Origin: Candidatus Komeilibacteria bacterium
GTDB taxonomy: Bacteria > Patescibacteriota > Patescibacteriia > UBA1558 > 2-01-FULL-52-15
Length of the DNA stretch: 64,000 bases
Assembly: GCA_043801745.1 (NCBI GenBank)
Contig: JAZDLR010000016.1
Coordinates: 1,535 to 65,534 of the forward strand
Reading direction: 5' to 3'
Position 1 is the stretch's first letter, and each line of letters begins with the position of its first letter. Positions 8,582 through 19,291 of this stretch are shown one piece after another. The position numbers and the translations under genes were made by a program. Under the pieces are notes generated by a model. It worked only from the letters and a program-made list of their open reading frames with translations, had not been told where the DNA came from and ran no database searches.

Positions 8582-10273
8582 GTGTCTGCGCTATCCCTAG
8601 AAACGATTCAGATTATTGCCTGGTCAAAAGTACTGTTATTTTTGGCCGTTATTGTTGCCTTGTTAATTGTCCGCTTTAAAAATAAACCCTGGGCCTGGAG
8701 CTTATTTGCCAGTATCACTGTCACTGCCAGCTACTTAATTATTTCCTGGCCGCTACAGAAAATGTGGTGGGGTAATAATGGCGATGAAATTTTCATTATC
8801 AGTTTCTTTACCCAGGCCCTAAAGTCTAATCCCTTTCAAGACTACTACTACCTAGGGTTACCGGCTTTCTATCCGCCGCTATATTTTCAAGTCATTGGTC
8901 TGGTTTCTCGGCTCTGGGCAGCTAATGCTATTAGCGCGGCCAAATTTGGAACGGCTCTCACTTTTTTCCTGTGGTTTAGCGGAACCTATCTGGGATTACG
9001 TCTGTGCCGGGGCAAACAATCAGAAAAAAGTTCCAGTGAAACTCTGACTCCTTGGCTCTGGTTCACAATACCATTGCTTTTTTTCTTTCTGGTTGATTTC
9101 AACGACTTGATACTTAAGCCCTACGAAACTTTTCCGGCCTTGCTGTCGGTTTTTTGGTTGGGTTTATTATGGCTATCACTTAATAAAAACCGCTGGTCAA
9201 TTAAGGAATATTTATTTTTTGGTATTTCTGGAGGCATCCTATTCTTAACCTACTATTTTTGGTGGTTGATATTAGTACCAGCACTAATAGGTCTGGCGTT
9301 AACTCATTCTCAACGTCTTATTAAATTCCTGCGAATAATTATAGTCGGCTTTATTACCTTTATTATCTCCGGTATATATCTTGTCCCCCTATTTTTGTCT
9401 TACAAATCCGGCATGGAAAATTGGCAAGCTCTTTTCTTTGTTCCGCAAGATTTTTCTACCTTTCTGCCCTTCGTCAACCTGTCTATCAAAACTCCTCTGC
9501 TAATTGCCGGTTTACTCGGCCTTATTATTTATTGCCGCCGGCCCTTTGTCCGAGCCAATTTGGCCATTTTAATTACCTGTTATTTATATCAAATAGTCAG
9601 CTTAGTATTATTTCTGGCCGGCGGCCATCCGTTTCAAGCCGCCAAACCCTTCCTTTTCCTGGGAACAGCCACTCTGACAGTTGGCTGCGCTTATTCACTT
9701 AGCGGACTCTGGAACCACTACGTTACTCCTTTAACCAGCGGCCGCCGGCAAATAATAAGCTTGGCACTAATCGTACTATCACTACCATTTTGGCCCATGA
9801 CTACCTTCATAGATGACGTAGTTGTCAGAAATCAGATTGAAAAGGACTTGAAGGCGCCATCGGCCTATTATTTGGCCAGCCATATTCAGCAAGCTGTTCC
9901 TGATTATCAAAATAAAATCTGGCTCAGTAGTGGTATCCCGGAAATTAACGCCTATTTACCGCTGCATTATTTTATTGCGCACAATCCTCACTTCAGTCAC
10001 CCGGCAGCCAAATACTCTGAGCGGGAGAAAGTTCTTAAAGAGTTAGTCTCGGCGACTGCAGCCAACTTTACGGCACTGGTCCGCGCGTCCGGGATCAACG
10101 CTTTATTACTTTATAAAACCGCCAATAGCGATTCTTATCCTTTATTCCTCTGGGCCGATAACTATCCTAATGGCGGCCTAGAGCGAGAATTACAAATTTC
10201 CAAAGTTCTGATTGATAGTCTGCACTGGAGAACTGTATACGAAGACAGCGAATGGCAAGTCATTATTCCCTAA
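8582..10273 (+). CDS. GT-C glycosyltransferase, arabinofuranosyltransferase AftA-like
   Basis: Polytopic; D.YYLGLPAFYPPLYF, KPYE and C-terminal HF.HP..KY.ER resemble AftA motifs. Confidence 0.6.
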   Translation: MSALSLETIQIIAWSKVLLFLAVIVALLIVRFKNKPWAWSLFASITVTASYLIISWPLQKMWWGNNGDEIFIISFFTQALKSNPFQDYYYLGLPAFYPPLYFQVIGLVSRLWAANAISAAKFGTALTFFLWFSGTYLGLRLCRGKQSEKSSSETLTPWLWFTIPLLFFFLVDFNDLILKPYETFPALLSVFWLGLLWLSLNKNRWSIKEYLFFGISGGILFLTYYFWWLILVPALIGLALTHSQRLIKFLRIIIVGFITFIISGIYLVPLFLSYKSGMENWQALFFVPQDFSTFLPFVNLSIKTPLLIAGLLGLIIYCRRPFVRANLAILITCYLYQIVSLVLFLAGGHPFQAAKPFLFLGTATLTVGCAYSLSGLWNHYVTPLTSGRRQIISLALIVLSLPFWPMTTFIDDVVVRNQIEKDLKAPSAYYLASHIQQAVPDYQNKIWLSSGIPEINAYLPLHYFIAHNPHFSHPAAKYSEREKVLKELVSATAANFTALVRASGINALLLYKTANSDSYPLFLWADNYPNGGLERELQISKVLIDSLHWRTVYEDSEWQVIIP

Positions 10274-11817
10274 TCATTGCTAAAATTCGGAAATTTTGTT
10301 GGGACAACCGATTTTTTTTAATTTTGGTTGTTTTTCTGGTTGTTATGACCGCTGCCACCTATTCACATTATCTCTACAATTGGGATGCCGGACAATTTGC
10401 TCTTGGCGCCAAACGCTTTTCTTTATCAGAACATCAACCACATCCACCCGGGTATTGGTTGTTTACTGAAACTATTAAATCTTTTAATCTTTTTTTAAGC
10501 GACGGCAACCTATCAATGATTCTGATCAATCTAGTGGCTAGTATGGCCGCGATTTTCTTCTTTTACCGGACAACCATGATGCTGACCGGCAAGCGTCTAC
10601 TGGCTTTTTGGTTAACCCTACTGTTACTAACCAACCAGGTTTTTTGGTTTTACCGTTCTGTTGCCAGCACCTACCTAATAGAAATATTAACTGTTTGCTT
10701 TTTACTCTATACATCAATCCGAATGCAAAAAGGTAGCCGCTCATTACTGCCATACAGCTGTCTGGCCGTGGCGCTTCTGGCCGGTTTTAGGCCTTCAGTT
10801 ATTTTGATCGCCGCCCCGTTATTACTCTACCAATTAATTTTGTCTCCACATAAAGTCTCCGCCATAATAAAAAGCTTGACCGGAGTGCTACTGGGATTAG
10901 CTCTTTGGCTACCCGCCTTAGCTGCCGCGGCCGGTGGCTATCAAGCCTTATATCACTTTATTATTGGTCAATTTATTATAGCCGAAACCTCGACAAGAGC
11001 GATTATTATCAGCCATGACATTTTTTTAGTGGCAACTATCCTGTACACAACCTTTGTACCTCTGATAATAGGCCTGCTGTTTTATAAAAAAATCTACAAC
11101 AGTATTCGCTCCTTCCATCTCTGGTTTATTGTAGCGACACTGGTCTGGCAAATTAGTATCTATCTGATACTACACTTTGATGAAGTTGGTTATATTCTCG
11201 GCCTCATACCTTTATCCTATATTCTTATTTTGCCAGCCTTAGAACATCTAGCTAGCAAGCGTAATCAACTGGTAATTTCCTGCCTAGTGATCTCGGGTCT
11301 GCAGTTAATACTATTTTTTACCGGCATTCCTCTGACCATTCAACCAAAAGTTCAAGCCCTAAACTACCAGGATATCAGCCGTCATGACCAACGGATACAA
11401 AGTCAACTAGCCTTTATTTCCAAATATGACCCGGCAACGACCTTAGTTATTATTACCCGCGGTCAATATCTAACTGCCGACAATGTGATAGCCTCCTACC
11501 CTTATAATGACATACGGCTAATGAGCTATTATTTGCCACAATACAAAATCTATGACCTACTAGGTGTTAAAAATAAATTTTATGTGGCGTCCAATTATAC
11601 CTACAGCGAAATTAACAATGAGACAGTGACCACTATGGCGCCGGCAATCAAACAAATTATTATTGTGGCTGACTATATTCATCCTACCTATCTGCCGCTT
11701 AATTTACAGTGGCGCAGTCTCTATCCGTCATTTAATATTAAAAATGTGTATTTCGCCGACTTAGGAGACCAAACAAACTTCATCTATAGCGGGCAAATCT
11801 TTAGTAAGAATCCCTGA
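10252..11817 (+). CDS. GT-C / DUF2723-like membrane glycosyltransferase
   Basis: WDAGQFALGA...HQPHPPGY motif, about 10 TM. Confidence 0.7.
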   Translation: MASHYSLIIAKIRKFCWDNRFFLILVVFLVVMTAATYSHYLYNWDAGQFALGAKRFSLSEHQPHPPGYWLFTETIKSFNLFLSDGNLSMILINLVASMAAIFFFYRTTMMLTGKRLLAFWLTLLLLTNQVFWFYRSVASTYLIEILTVCFLLYTSIRMQKGSRSLLPYSCLAVALLAGFRPSVILIAAPLLLYQLILSPHKVSAIIKSLTGVLLGLALWLPALAAAAGGYQALYHFIIGQFIIAETSTRAIIISHDIFLVATILYTTFVPLIIGLLFYKKIYNSIRSFHLWFIVATLVWQISIYLILHFDEVGYILGLIPLSYILILPALEHLASKRNQLVISCLVISGLQLILFFTGIPLTIQPKVQALNYQDISRHDQRIQSQLAFISKYDPATTLVIITRGQYLTADNVIASYPYNDIRLMSYYLPQYKIYDLLGVKNKFYVASNYTYSEINNETVTTMAPAIKQIIIVADYIHPTYLPLNLQWRSLYPSFNIKNVYFADLGDQTNFIYSGQIFSKNP

Positions 11818-11890
11818 TGGTTATATTGCTTTTTCTCAGCTTTCATACTAGTATGCTCTTGCCTTAGTTCTATTTTTATCTTCTGATTAG

Positions 11891-11966
11891 CGGGGATTAG
11901 CGCAGTTGGTAGCGCGCACGATTCGGGTTCGTGAGGTCACCGGTTCGAATCCGGTATCCCCGACCA
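11891..11966 (+). tRNA. tRNA-Pro(CGG)
   Basis: CGGGGAT acceptor, anticodon loop TTCGGGT, TTCGAAT T-loop, ACCA. Confidence 0.95.
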
Positions 11967-11996
11967 TCAGCAGATAAAACACTTTATCCTGGATAG

Positions 11997-14234
11997 ATGA
12001 ATAAGTTTAAATTTGTCAGCAATACATATTTTGCAACAGGAATCGTATTAGTAGTTTTATTACTAATTTTTTTTTATCAGCCACTAGTAAATAAACGGAC
12101 GCTGGTCCCCTTAGATATTTTGCCGGAATTTGATCTGGCACTAAAAAACACCAGCCTCAGTCACAATTATTTACTTAGTGATCTGGTAGATCAATTTTAT
12201 CCTAACTACACTCTCCTCCGCCAAAGTTTAAGCAACGGCGAATTTCCTTTATGGAATCCGCATATTTTAACCGGCCTTCCTTTCATGGCTGATAGTCAAA
12301 CAGGAATTTTCGAATTCACCCATATACTATCGTATGCTGCCTCAATCTCACCACTGGCCTTTCCTTTATTTTCGGCCCTCATACTCCTCTTACTATTAGG
12401 ACTGTCTTTTTTTGTTTACCTGAAAAATTTGCGCTTTGATACTCTAGTGTCGTTGTTTGGGGCTGTAGTGCTGATGTTTTCCGGTACCACAATTGTTTGG
12501 TTAAACTATCCTCTGCTGGCAGCTTTTGTTTGGCTACCCTTACTGCTTTACTGTGTTGATAAAATAATTTTGGCCCACGAATACCGTTTTCTGCCGCTGC
12601 TGTCTGTGGTAATTTGCCTCTCATTGCTGGCTGGTTATCCGCAGATCGCTTTAATTAATTTACTGGTGACTGGGCTTTATTTCCTAATTAGGTGGTTACG
12701 GCATGGCTGCTTAAAATGGAATACGTTGACGCTGACAATTCTATTCGTGATCTTGGGTATTACTCTAAGCGCAGTTCAAACAGGACCGTCGTGGGACTTT
12801 ATTAGCGAAAGCCAATCCTATGAGGTGGGACGAGGTTTTTTTGCCCAAGATAATGTACTGGAGGTTGCCCAGAAACAAGTTACCAACCTAGGATCCAGTC
12901 TTAACGACGGCGTGCAGAGAATGGCCCGTTACGGAATCTTAGCTTTTGATCCTAACTACTATGGCTCGCCGCTGACCAGGAATTATAGATTTCCTGAAGA
13001 CAACCCTTATGCCAATTATAGCGAGCTGACAATTTATCCGGGTTTACTCACAATTATATTGGCGCTGCTGGCCATCATTTGGTCAAGAAAATGTAAGGCC
13101 ATAATTTTTTGGCTTGCTACAGCCGTTGTCACCTTTGGTTTAGCGGCCGATTTGCCTCTGCTAAACTTGTTAAAATATTTACCACTCATTAATAAAATTT
13201 CCTTGGGCCGCTTTAGGCCATTATTGGTTTTCGCTGTAGTACTCCTGGCAACTTATTCACTACAAAAAATAATCAATACTTGGAAAAATACTAAGCTGAA
13301 AACAATTGTGGTGATTTGTTTGATAGTAATAAGTTTCGGAGATCTGTTTTATTTCTTCCACACTTACAATTTAGGCACTAAAGCTGAGGCTGGTTTCATC
13401 ACTCAAAACCCAGTCGTTAAGTTTTTACAGGACAATACTACTTATGAGAGAATTGTTGGTTTGGGCCCGGTAAATCAGGGTTTCCGTACGCCCATCTTGC
13501 CCAACACCGGTATTCTTACCGGACTATATGATGTCCGGGGCTATAACCCGATAGTGGGCAAAAATTATATCACTTTTAGCGGCACTTATTTAACTCAGCG
13601 CGGATCTTTTATTCTAGCCGATGCGGTCTTTGATGACCAAGCAATTGACTTAATGAGTGTTAAATATCTTGTTTGTCCCGCTACCAGCTGTTTATTCGTC
13701 AACCAAACAGAAAAATGGGAGCAGGAATATGCCGATGCCAATGTTAAAATCATCAAAAATCCCGACTTCCTACCGCGCGCCTATATTGCCTATGATTATC
13801 TGGACGGACAAAATGAACAATTGATCAAATTATTTGAATCCAATACCCTGGACATTAATTCCCAAGTGTTGGTTGCTAATTCTATTGCCGCTACCGATTT
13901 GCAGAAACAGCCCGGTAGCCCAATCAAGCCAGCCGAGATTATTAAATATTCCAATAACAAGGTCATAATCAAAAGCCAAAGCGACCAAAGTGGGATACTG
14001 GTACTAACTGATAATTATGACGCCGATTGGCAGGTCACAGTCAATGGTCAGAAACAAAAAGTGCTCCAGGTAAATGGAATCTTTCGCGGTGTAATCGTGC
14101 CCGCCGGCACCAGTGAGATCGTTTTTACTTATTGGCCTAAGAATTTTGATCTCTATATCGCGCTGTCGGCCACCAGTCTATTAATACTTATTGCTTCGGG
14201 TATTATTATTAACAAAAAGTCAATCGGCATATGA
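11997..14234 (+). CDS. YfhO-family membrane protein
   Basis: GEFPLWNPHILTGLPFMAD; C-terminal LVLTDNY..W.VTVNG...VNGIFRGV.VPAG..EI.F.Y. Confidence 0.88.
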   Translation: MNKFKFVSNTYFATGIVLVVLLLIFFYQPLVNKRTLVPLDILPEFDLALKNTSLSHNYLLSDLVDQFYPNYTLLRQSLSNGEFPLWNPHILTGLPFMADSQTGIFEFTHILSYAASISPLAFPLFSALILLLLLGLSFFVYLKNLRFDTLVSLFGAVVLMFSGTTIVWLNYPLLAAFVWLPLLLYCVDKIILAHEYRFLPLLSVVICLSLLAGYPQIALINLLVTGLYFLIRWLRHGCLKWNTLTLTILFVILGITLSAVQTGPSWDFISESQSYEVGRGFFAQDNVLEVAQKQVTNLGSSLNDGVQRMARYGILAFDPNYYGSPLTRNYRFPEDNPYANYSELTIYPGLLTIILALLAIIWSRKCKAIIFWLATAVVTFGLAADLPLLNLLKYLPLINKISLGRFRPLLVFAVVLLATYSLQKIINTWKNTKLKTIVVICLIVISFGDLFYFFHTYNLGTKAEAGFITQNPVVKFLQDNTTYERIVGLGPVNQGFRTPILPNTGILTGLYDVRGYNPIVGKNYITFSGTYLTQRGSFILADAVFDDQAIDLMSVKYLVCPATSCLFVNQTEKWEQEYADANVKIIKNPDFLPRAYIAYDYLDGQNEQLIKLFESNTLDINSQVLVANSIAATDLQKQPGSPIKPAEIIKYSNNKVIIKSQSDQSGILVLTDNYDADWQVTVNGQKQKVLQVNGIFRGVIVPAGTSEIVFTYWPKNFDLYIALSATSLLILIASGIIINKKSIGI

Positions 14235-14794
14235 AAAATATTTACTTTATAACCAGCAACAAATATAAATTTCAAATCGCTGAAGAGGGCTTCAAGGGTT
14301 CCGGCTTTAAACTGATTCAGAAAAATTTAGCCACACCGGAAATCCAAAGCACTGACCTGCGTGAAATTGCCGCCTATTCAGCCCAGTGGGCGGCTAACAA
14401 CTTAAAACATCCGGTCGTCCTAACCGATGCTGGCTGCTTTATTCCGGCCTTAAAAGGTTTCCCCGGGCCCTTTATCAAATACATTAACGGCTATTTAACG
14501 GCGCAAGATTATCTTAAGCTGATGGCCGGAAGAAAAAATCGAAAAATTATTTTTAAAGACTGTCTGGCCTACTGTGAGCCGGGCAAGAAACCCCTGTTAT
14601 TTTATTCCTCAGCCGCAGGCAGAATTTCAACCCGACCGGGTAAAAGAGGGCAAACTTCAATAAATGAAATTTTCATTCCCAAGGGATTCAATATGGTAGA
14701 ATCGGAAATACCCAGACAGCAAATGGTTATTTTTTGGAGTAAAAATAATTCTACCTACCGTTCATTGGTGAAATATTTAAGCAGCAGAATCTAA
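14231..14794 (+). CDS. Ham1-family non-canonical purine NTP pyrophosphatase
   Basis: [28 protein letters not shown]. Confidence 0.85.
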   Translation: MKNIYFITSNKYKFQIAEEGFKGSGFKLIQKNLATPEIQSTDLREIAAYSAQWAANNLKHPVVLTDAGCFIPALKGFPGPFIKYINGYLTAQDYLKLMAGRKNRKIIFKDCLAYCEPGKKPLLFYSSAAGRISTRPGKRGQTSINEIFIPKGFNMVESEIPRQQMVIFWSKNNSTYRSLVKYLSSRI

Positions 14795-15724
14795 CTGACT
14801 GCGGAAATATTCAATAGTAGATTGTAAACCTTCTTCCAGTGGTACTTTGGGCTGCCAGTGCAATTTTTCTTTTGCCAGACTGATATCCGGCTTCCGCCTA
14901 CAGGGGTCGTCCTGGGGCAATGGTTGAAAAATAATCTTTGACTTAGAATCAGTCAGCCGAATAATAGTTGCGGCAATGTCCTTAATCGTTAGTTCCTGTG
15001 GATTGCCCAAATTAACCGGCCCGGTAAAATTATCGCTTTGCATCAATAGATATAAAGCCTCAACCAAATCTGACACATAACAAAAAGATCTTGTCTGTGA
15101 ACCGTCACCGTAAATGGTTAAATCCTGTCCTTTCAGCGCCTGTAAAATAAAATTAGACACTACCCGGCCGTCATTTACTGCCATAGCCGGACCGTAAGTA
15201 TTGAAAATCCTGGCCACAGCAATGGGCAGTGAAAATTTCCGGTGGTAGTCAAAAAATAATGTTTCGGCTACTCGTTTACCTTCGTCATAACATGACCTGG
15301 GACCAATGGTATTAACATTGCCCCAATACGATTCCTTCTGCGGATGCTCCAAAGGATCTCCGTAGATTTCCGATGTCGATGCCTGCAGAGTTTTGGCGGC
15401 GAATTTCTTGGCTAAACCCAGAACATTGATTACGCCTATGGTATTTGCTTTAACTGTCTTAATGGCATCCAGCTGATAATGAACCGGCGAGGCCGGACAG
15501 GCTAAATTATAAATTTGATCAATCTTGGTATCTAAAGAAATATGATCAATAATATCATGTTCAATAAACTGAAAATTGGGATCCTCCTCCAGCCGTAAAA
15601 TATTATTCCGGCTGCCGGTAAATAAATTATCCAGGCAGATTACTCGATTACCCCGGGTTAATAAAAAAGCGCACAAATGACTGCCGATAAATCCGGCGCC
15701 GCCGGTTACTAAAATTGTTTTCAT
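14777..15724 (-). CDS. UDP-glucuronate decarboxylase (UDP-xylose synthase)
   Basis: [37 protein letters not shown]. Confidence 0.9.
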   Translation of the reverse strand: MKTILVTGGAGFIGSHLCAFLLTRGNRVICLDNLFTGSRNNILRLEEDPNFQFIEHDIIDHISLDTKIDQIYNLACPASPVHYQLDAIKTVKANTIGVINVLGLAKKFAAKTLQASTSEIYGDPLEHPQKESYWGNVNTIGPRSCYDEGKRVAETLFFDYHRKFSLPIAVARIFNTYGPAMAVNDGRVVSNFILQALKGQDLTIYGDGSQTRSFCYVSDLVEALYLLMQSDNFTGPVNLGNPQELTIKDIAATIIRLTDSKSKIIFQPLPQDDPCRRKPDISLAKEKLHWQPKVPLEEGLQSTIEYFRSQLDSAA

Positions 15725-15839
15725 AATTATCAGTGACCCGCCAAGCTTAATACGAACAAGTAGAAAAATCAATTATTCTGGTTGACTGAATGGCTCCAGG
15801 GGGGTAAGCTTTAGCCGTTAATTTACTAACTTTTAACCT

Positions 15840-16604
15840 ATGTATTACTATCTGCTAATCATCGTGATTTTGCTGGTACTTTCCAGCCTGCGGATCGTCA
15901 AAGAGTATGAACGCGGCGTAATATTCTTCCTGGGCCGCTGTACCGGAAAGCGCGGGCCCGGCCTTATCTTCTTAATTCCGGTTTTGGAAAGAATGGTCAA
16001 AGTTACACTGCGGACCGTAACTATGGACATTCCGTCGCAGAAAATTATTACCAAGGATAATGTCTCTATTGATATTGCCGCCGTGGCTTATTACCACATA
16101 GTTGATCCGGTCAAAGCCGTACTATCAATTGAAAACATTTTCTACGCAGTAAACCAAATAAGCCAAACTACTGTCCGCAATGTCGTGGGTCAATTCATGC
16201 TAGACCAACTACTGTCACAAACAGTGGATATTAATAACCAGATCAAAAATGTTATTGATGCGCACACTGAACCCTGGGGCGCTCAAGTAACCGCAGTAGA
16301 GATCAAAGACATCTTTCTGCCGGATAATATGCAGCGCGCCATGGCTAAAGAAGCTGAAGCTGAACGCGAACGCCGCGCTAAGATCGTAGCTGCCGAAGGA
16401 GAATTCCAAGCCGCGGAAAAACTAGGCCAGGCCGCTGATCTGATCTCGGCTCATCCGGTCGCTCTGCAACTGCGTACTCTACAAACTATGGCCGAAATCA
16501 GCGTAGAGAAAAATTCTACTATTATCTTCCCGGCGCAGTTTATGAATACGGTTCAGGATGCCATTAATATTATTGCCAAAGATAATAAGGCGGCACTGAA
16601 GTAA
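15840..16604 (+). CDS. SPFH/stomatin (slipin) family protein
   Basis: [43 protein letters not shown]. Confidence 0.92.
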   Translation: MYYYLLIIVILLVLSSLRIVKEYERGVIFFLGRCTGKRGPGLIFLIPVLERMVKVTLRTVTMDIPSQKIITKDNVSIDIAAVAYYHIVDPVKAVLSIENIFYAVNQISQTTVRNVVGQFMLDQLLSQTVDINNQIKNVIDAHTEPWGAQVTAVEIKDIFLPDNMQRAMAKEAEAERERRAKIVAAEGEFQAAEKLGQAADLISAHPVALQLRTLQTMAEISVEKNSTIIFPAQFMNTVQDAINIIAKDNKAALK

Positions 16605-16639
16605 ATCGGTCAACTATTATAAGTAGGCCAGCTTATTAT

Positions 16640-17032
16640 ATGGAAAATATACCCGATGTAAGCAAGCGACAAGAGCGCAACAAACTGACTCCAGAAGAAA
16701 TGACTGCCAGACTCCATAATTATTTGAACGACTTTGACGACGACATTCCTCAGGAAAGAGTTACTGACGGTAATTTCAAGGTCAGAAATAATTGGTTACA
16801 AGGGGCGCTTAGTAATATAAGATATACGGCGCACTTTATTCTTGCTGATGCGTCGCTCCGCGAAGAAGCGGATATGCTTGTAAAACAAATCAATAATAGG
16901 AGACTACTGGGCGTAGAGGCAATGGAACGCGGCGAACAGACAGACAGTTTTGTGCCAACAACAAAAAAAGAGATAGAACAAGTTAATACTCTCCTAAAAA
17001 AAGCTATAGATAGTTTACAGGATAATATATAA
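16640..17032 (+). CDS. Hypothetical protein
   Basis: 130-aa ORF with plausible start. Confidence 0.6.
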   Translation: MENIPDVSKRQERNKLTPEEMTARLHNYLNDFDDDIPQERVTDGNFKVRNNWLQGALSNIRYTAHFILADASLREEADMLVKQINNRRLLGVEAMERGEQTDSFVPTTKKEIEQVNTLLKKAIDSLQDNI

Positions 17033-17080
17033 GTGTAGCCCACCTTGCCCCAACGTTAAACTTGACTTATACTGAAAACC

Positions 17081-17245
17081 ATGGAAAATCAATGTAAAGC
17101 CTGCGGTATGGCGACCGAAGGGTTTAAATGCCTTACCTGTCAGGAAGAGCTGGCCGAATTTGACATTGACCATGTCTGCGGCAGCGATATGCTCCAACCC
17201 AAGTGCACCGGCTGTAATCAGGCCGAGAGTAACTGCGGTTGCTAG
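17081..17245 (+). CDS. 54-aa Cys-rich protein (not in ORF track)
   Basis: MENQCKACGMATEGFKCLTCQEELAEFDIDHVCGSDMLQPKCTGCNQAESNCGC*, followed by a terminator. Confidence 0.75.
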   Translation: MENQCKACGMATEGFKCLTCQEELAEFDIDHVCGSDMLQPKCTGCNQAESNCGC

Positions 17246-17252
17246 CCAATCA

Positions 17253-17287
17253 TAAAAACAACTCCATCCGGGGTTGTTTTTTAAATC
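17253..17287. terminator. Intrinsic terminator (near-copy at 17946-17979)
   Basis: aaaaacaactcc-atcc-ggggttgttttt. Confidence 0.75.
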
Positions 17288-17408
17288 TATAGACCATCTA
17301 ACCTACCAACCTGCTCATATAGTGATAGATGAGGACTACTGACATAATTTAAAGGATCCCCGTGCATGTTGCAGAGGGGGATCCTCATTGTCTACTCCGA
17401 GCCAAAGG

Positions 17409-17861
17409 TCAACGTGTCGTGGTATACACGTACTCTGCCAGTACCAACTCACTTGTGCTGGTCTGGAACGGCAAAGTCAGAGAACTGAGATACAGTTTTT
17501 CGTTGAATGATGACGTTTTCGGCCATCCCTCGAGCATTGCCAGATGACGGAAATAGCCCACCTCAACAGCTGCCTCACTGGGGTACTGGCTGATACTCGT
17601 TGAAATGACGCGGTGACGATCGCCCACCTCATTCACTTCAACGGTATAATGGTAGCCGAACTTATCGACTATTTGGTTGTCATAGCGGCTCTTCAGGGAC
17701 TCCACGCCGCCACGTTTGAAGGTCTGTCTGATTTCCGTCTTCACCAGCTGAAAGCTGATCTGGGATTTGACCCAGCCAGGCACTGTCTGCGGCGCTGCCA
17801 GAAAATCAGCCAGCTGAAGAATCGCCAATATGATTAACAGATACCTTGCCCACGGTTTCAT
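17409..17861 (-). CDS. Secreted hypothetical protein in a stand-alone unit
   Basis: Signal peptide, AAGGAG SD, TTGACA-17-TATTTT promoter with -35 at 17935-17940. Confidence 0.65.
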   Translation of the reverse strand: MKPWARYLLIILAILQLADFLAAPQTVPGWVKSQISFQLVKTEIRQTFKRGGVESLKSRYDNQIVDKFGYHYTVEVNEVGDRHRVISTSISQYPSEAAVEVGYFRHLAMLEGWPKTSSFNEKLYLSSLTLPFQTSTSELVLAEYVYTTTR

Positions 17862-18032
17862 CTCTCTGCTCCTTTGTTAGATAACATACAGCCCAATTGC
17901 TGTAATCGCCCAAAATACCATAGAATGCTTGCCGTGTCAATATCTTAAAAAACAGCTCCCTCGGGGTTGTTTTAAAATCATCAAATAATCTTCGCTGATT
18001 TCTTTCTTACTACAAGCTACCCTCCTACCATC

Positions 18033-19271
18033 CTACTCATACCTCAACGCCTCGATCGGATTCTTCTTAGCCGCCTGGCGAGCCGGATATAGACCAAAGA
18101 CCAGACCTACAACAGTAGATACTACCAGACCTAAGATGGCTGCTGACATGGGGAAAGTAAAGGACCAGGCAAAGCCGGCATATTTTGCCACCAATAAAAT
18201 AATCAGATAAGAGAAAGAGGTGCCCAGAACTATTCCTATAAAGCCGCCTGCACCGGTCAGCGCAACCGATTCTAATAAAAATTGCGTCATGATATCGCTT
18301 TCGGTGGCTCCCACGGCTTTACGTAAACCAATTTCGCGGGTGCGCTCTGTTACTGATACCAACATAATATTCATAATGCCGATACCACCGACTAATAAAG
18401 AGATGGCAGCCACGGCAGCCAAGAATAAAGTCAATACATCAGTAATGGTTTTCACCATAGCCATAGCATCAGCTTGAGTTTCCACAAAAAAGTCATCCTT
18501 GTCCGGATCGGTAATTCCATGATTAGCCCTTAAGGTTAATTTTAAATCGCGTACTGTGGCAGCCACGTGCTGCTCACTGTCAGCCTCTATAACGATGCGA
18601 TTAAAATATTTTATACCCAGGATATATCTTTGCGCGGTCGTATAGGGAATAATTACCGCGTCATCAAAACTTACAAACGACGATTGACCCTTAGCCGACA
18701 TGACGCCGACAATCCGCAGGTTGCGTCCTTTAATCCTGACCTTCTGACCAATCGGATCAGAATTAGCAAATAGCTCGTTCTTCACTTTACTACCAATAAC
18801 GACCATATCAGCATAACCCTTGACGTCCTCCTCAGTAAAAGACACGCCTTGAGCCAGCTTAATGTCATAGATATCCATAAACATGGTATTAACTCCATAA
18901 AGAGTGGGCCGGTAAATCTGATTGCCATAAGACAGGGTCTCCGTGCCAAAAACCAAAGGCATTACCCGTACCAAATACGGCACATTGCTCTTATTCAAAA
19001 TAGCCGTTAGATCACGGTCTTTAAGTGAATCAGTAAACGCCGAGAGAGCATCCGACGGGCCTTTTGGCATCTTGCCCGGAGCGACCACGATGGTCTTGGC
19101 GCCAACGCTCTGAATCTGGTCAAGAATTAAATTTTGTGCGCCCTGACCCAAAGAAACAATAATCATAATCGCCATGATGCCGATCACAATACCCAAAATT
19201 GTCAAAGCTGCCCGCGTTTTATTTGTCCGCGGACCGACGACCGATGTTTGGAAATTGTGCTTAAGTTTCAT
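18033..19271 (-). CDS. MacB/FtsX-type ABC permease, copy 2
   Basis: LTILGIVIG, VGGIGIMNIMLVSVTERTREIGLRKAVGA, PIEALRYE. Confidence 0.93.
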   Translation of the reverse strand: MKLKHNFQTSVVGPRTNKTRAALTILGIVIGIMAIMIIVSLGQGAQNLILDQIQSVGAKTIVVAPGKMPKGPSDALSAFTDSLKDRDLTAILNKSNVPYLVRVMPLVFGTETLSYGNQIYRPTLYGVNTMFMDIYDIKLAQGVSFTEEDVKGYADMVVIGSKVKNELFANSDPIGQKVRIKGRNLRIVGVMSAKGQSSFVSFDDAVIIPYTTAQRYILGIKYFNRIVIEADSEQHVAATVRDLKLTLRANHGITDPDKDDFFVETQADAMAMVKTITDVLTLFLAAVAAISLLVGGIGIMNIMLVSVTERTREIGLRKAVGATESDIMTQFLLESVALTGAGGFIGIVLGTSFSYLIILLVAKYAGFAWSFTFPMSAAILGLVVSTVVGLVFGLYPARQAAKKNPIEALRYE

Positions 19272-19291
19272 AACGATTATAGCTACGTCTC

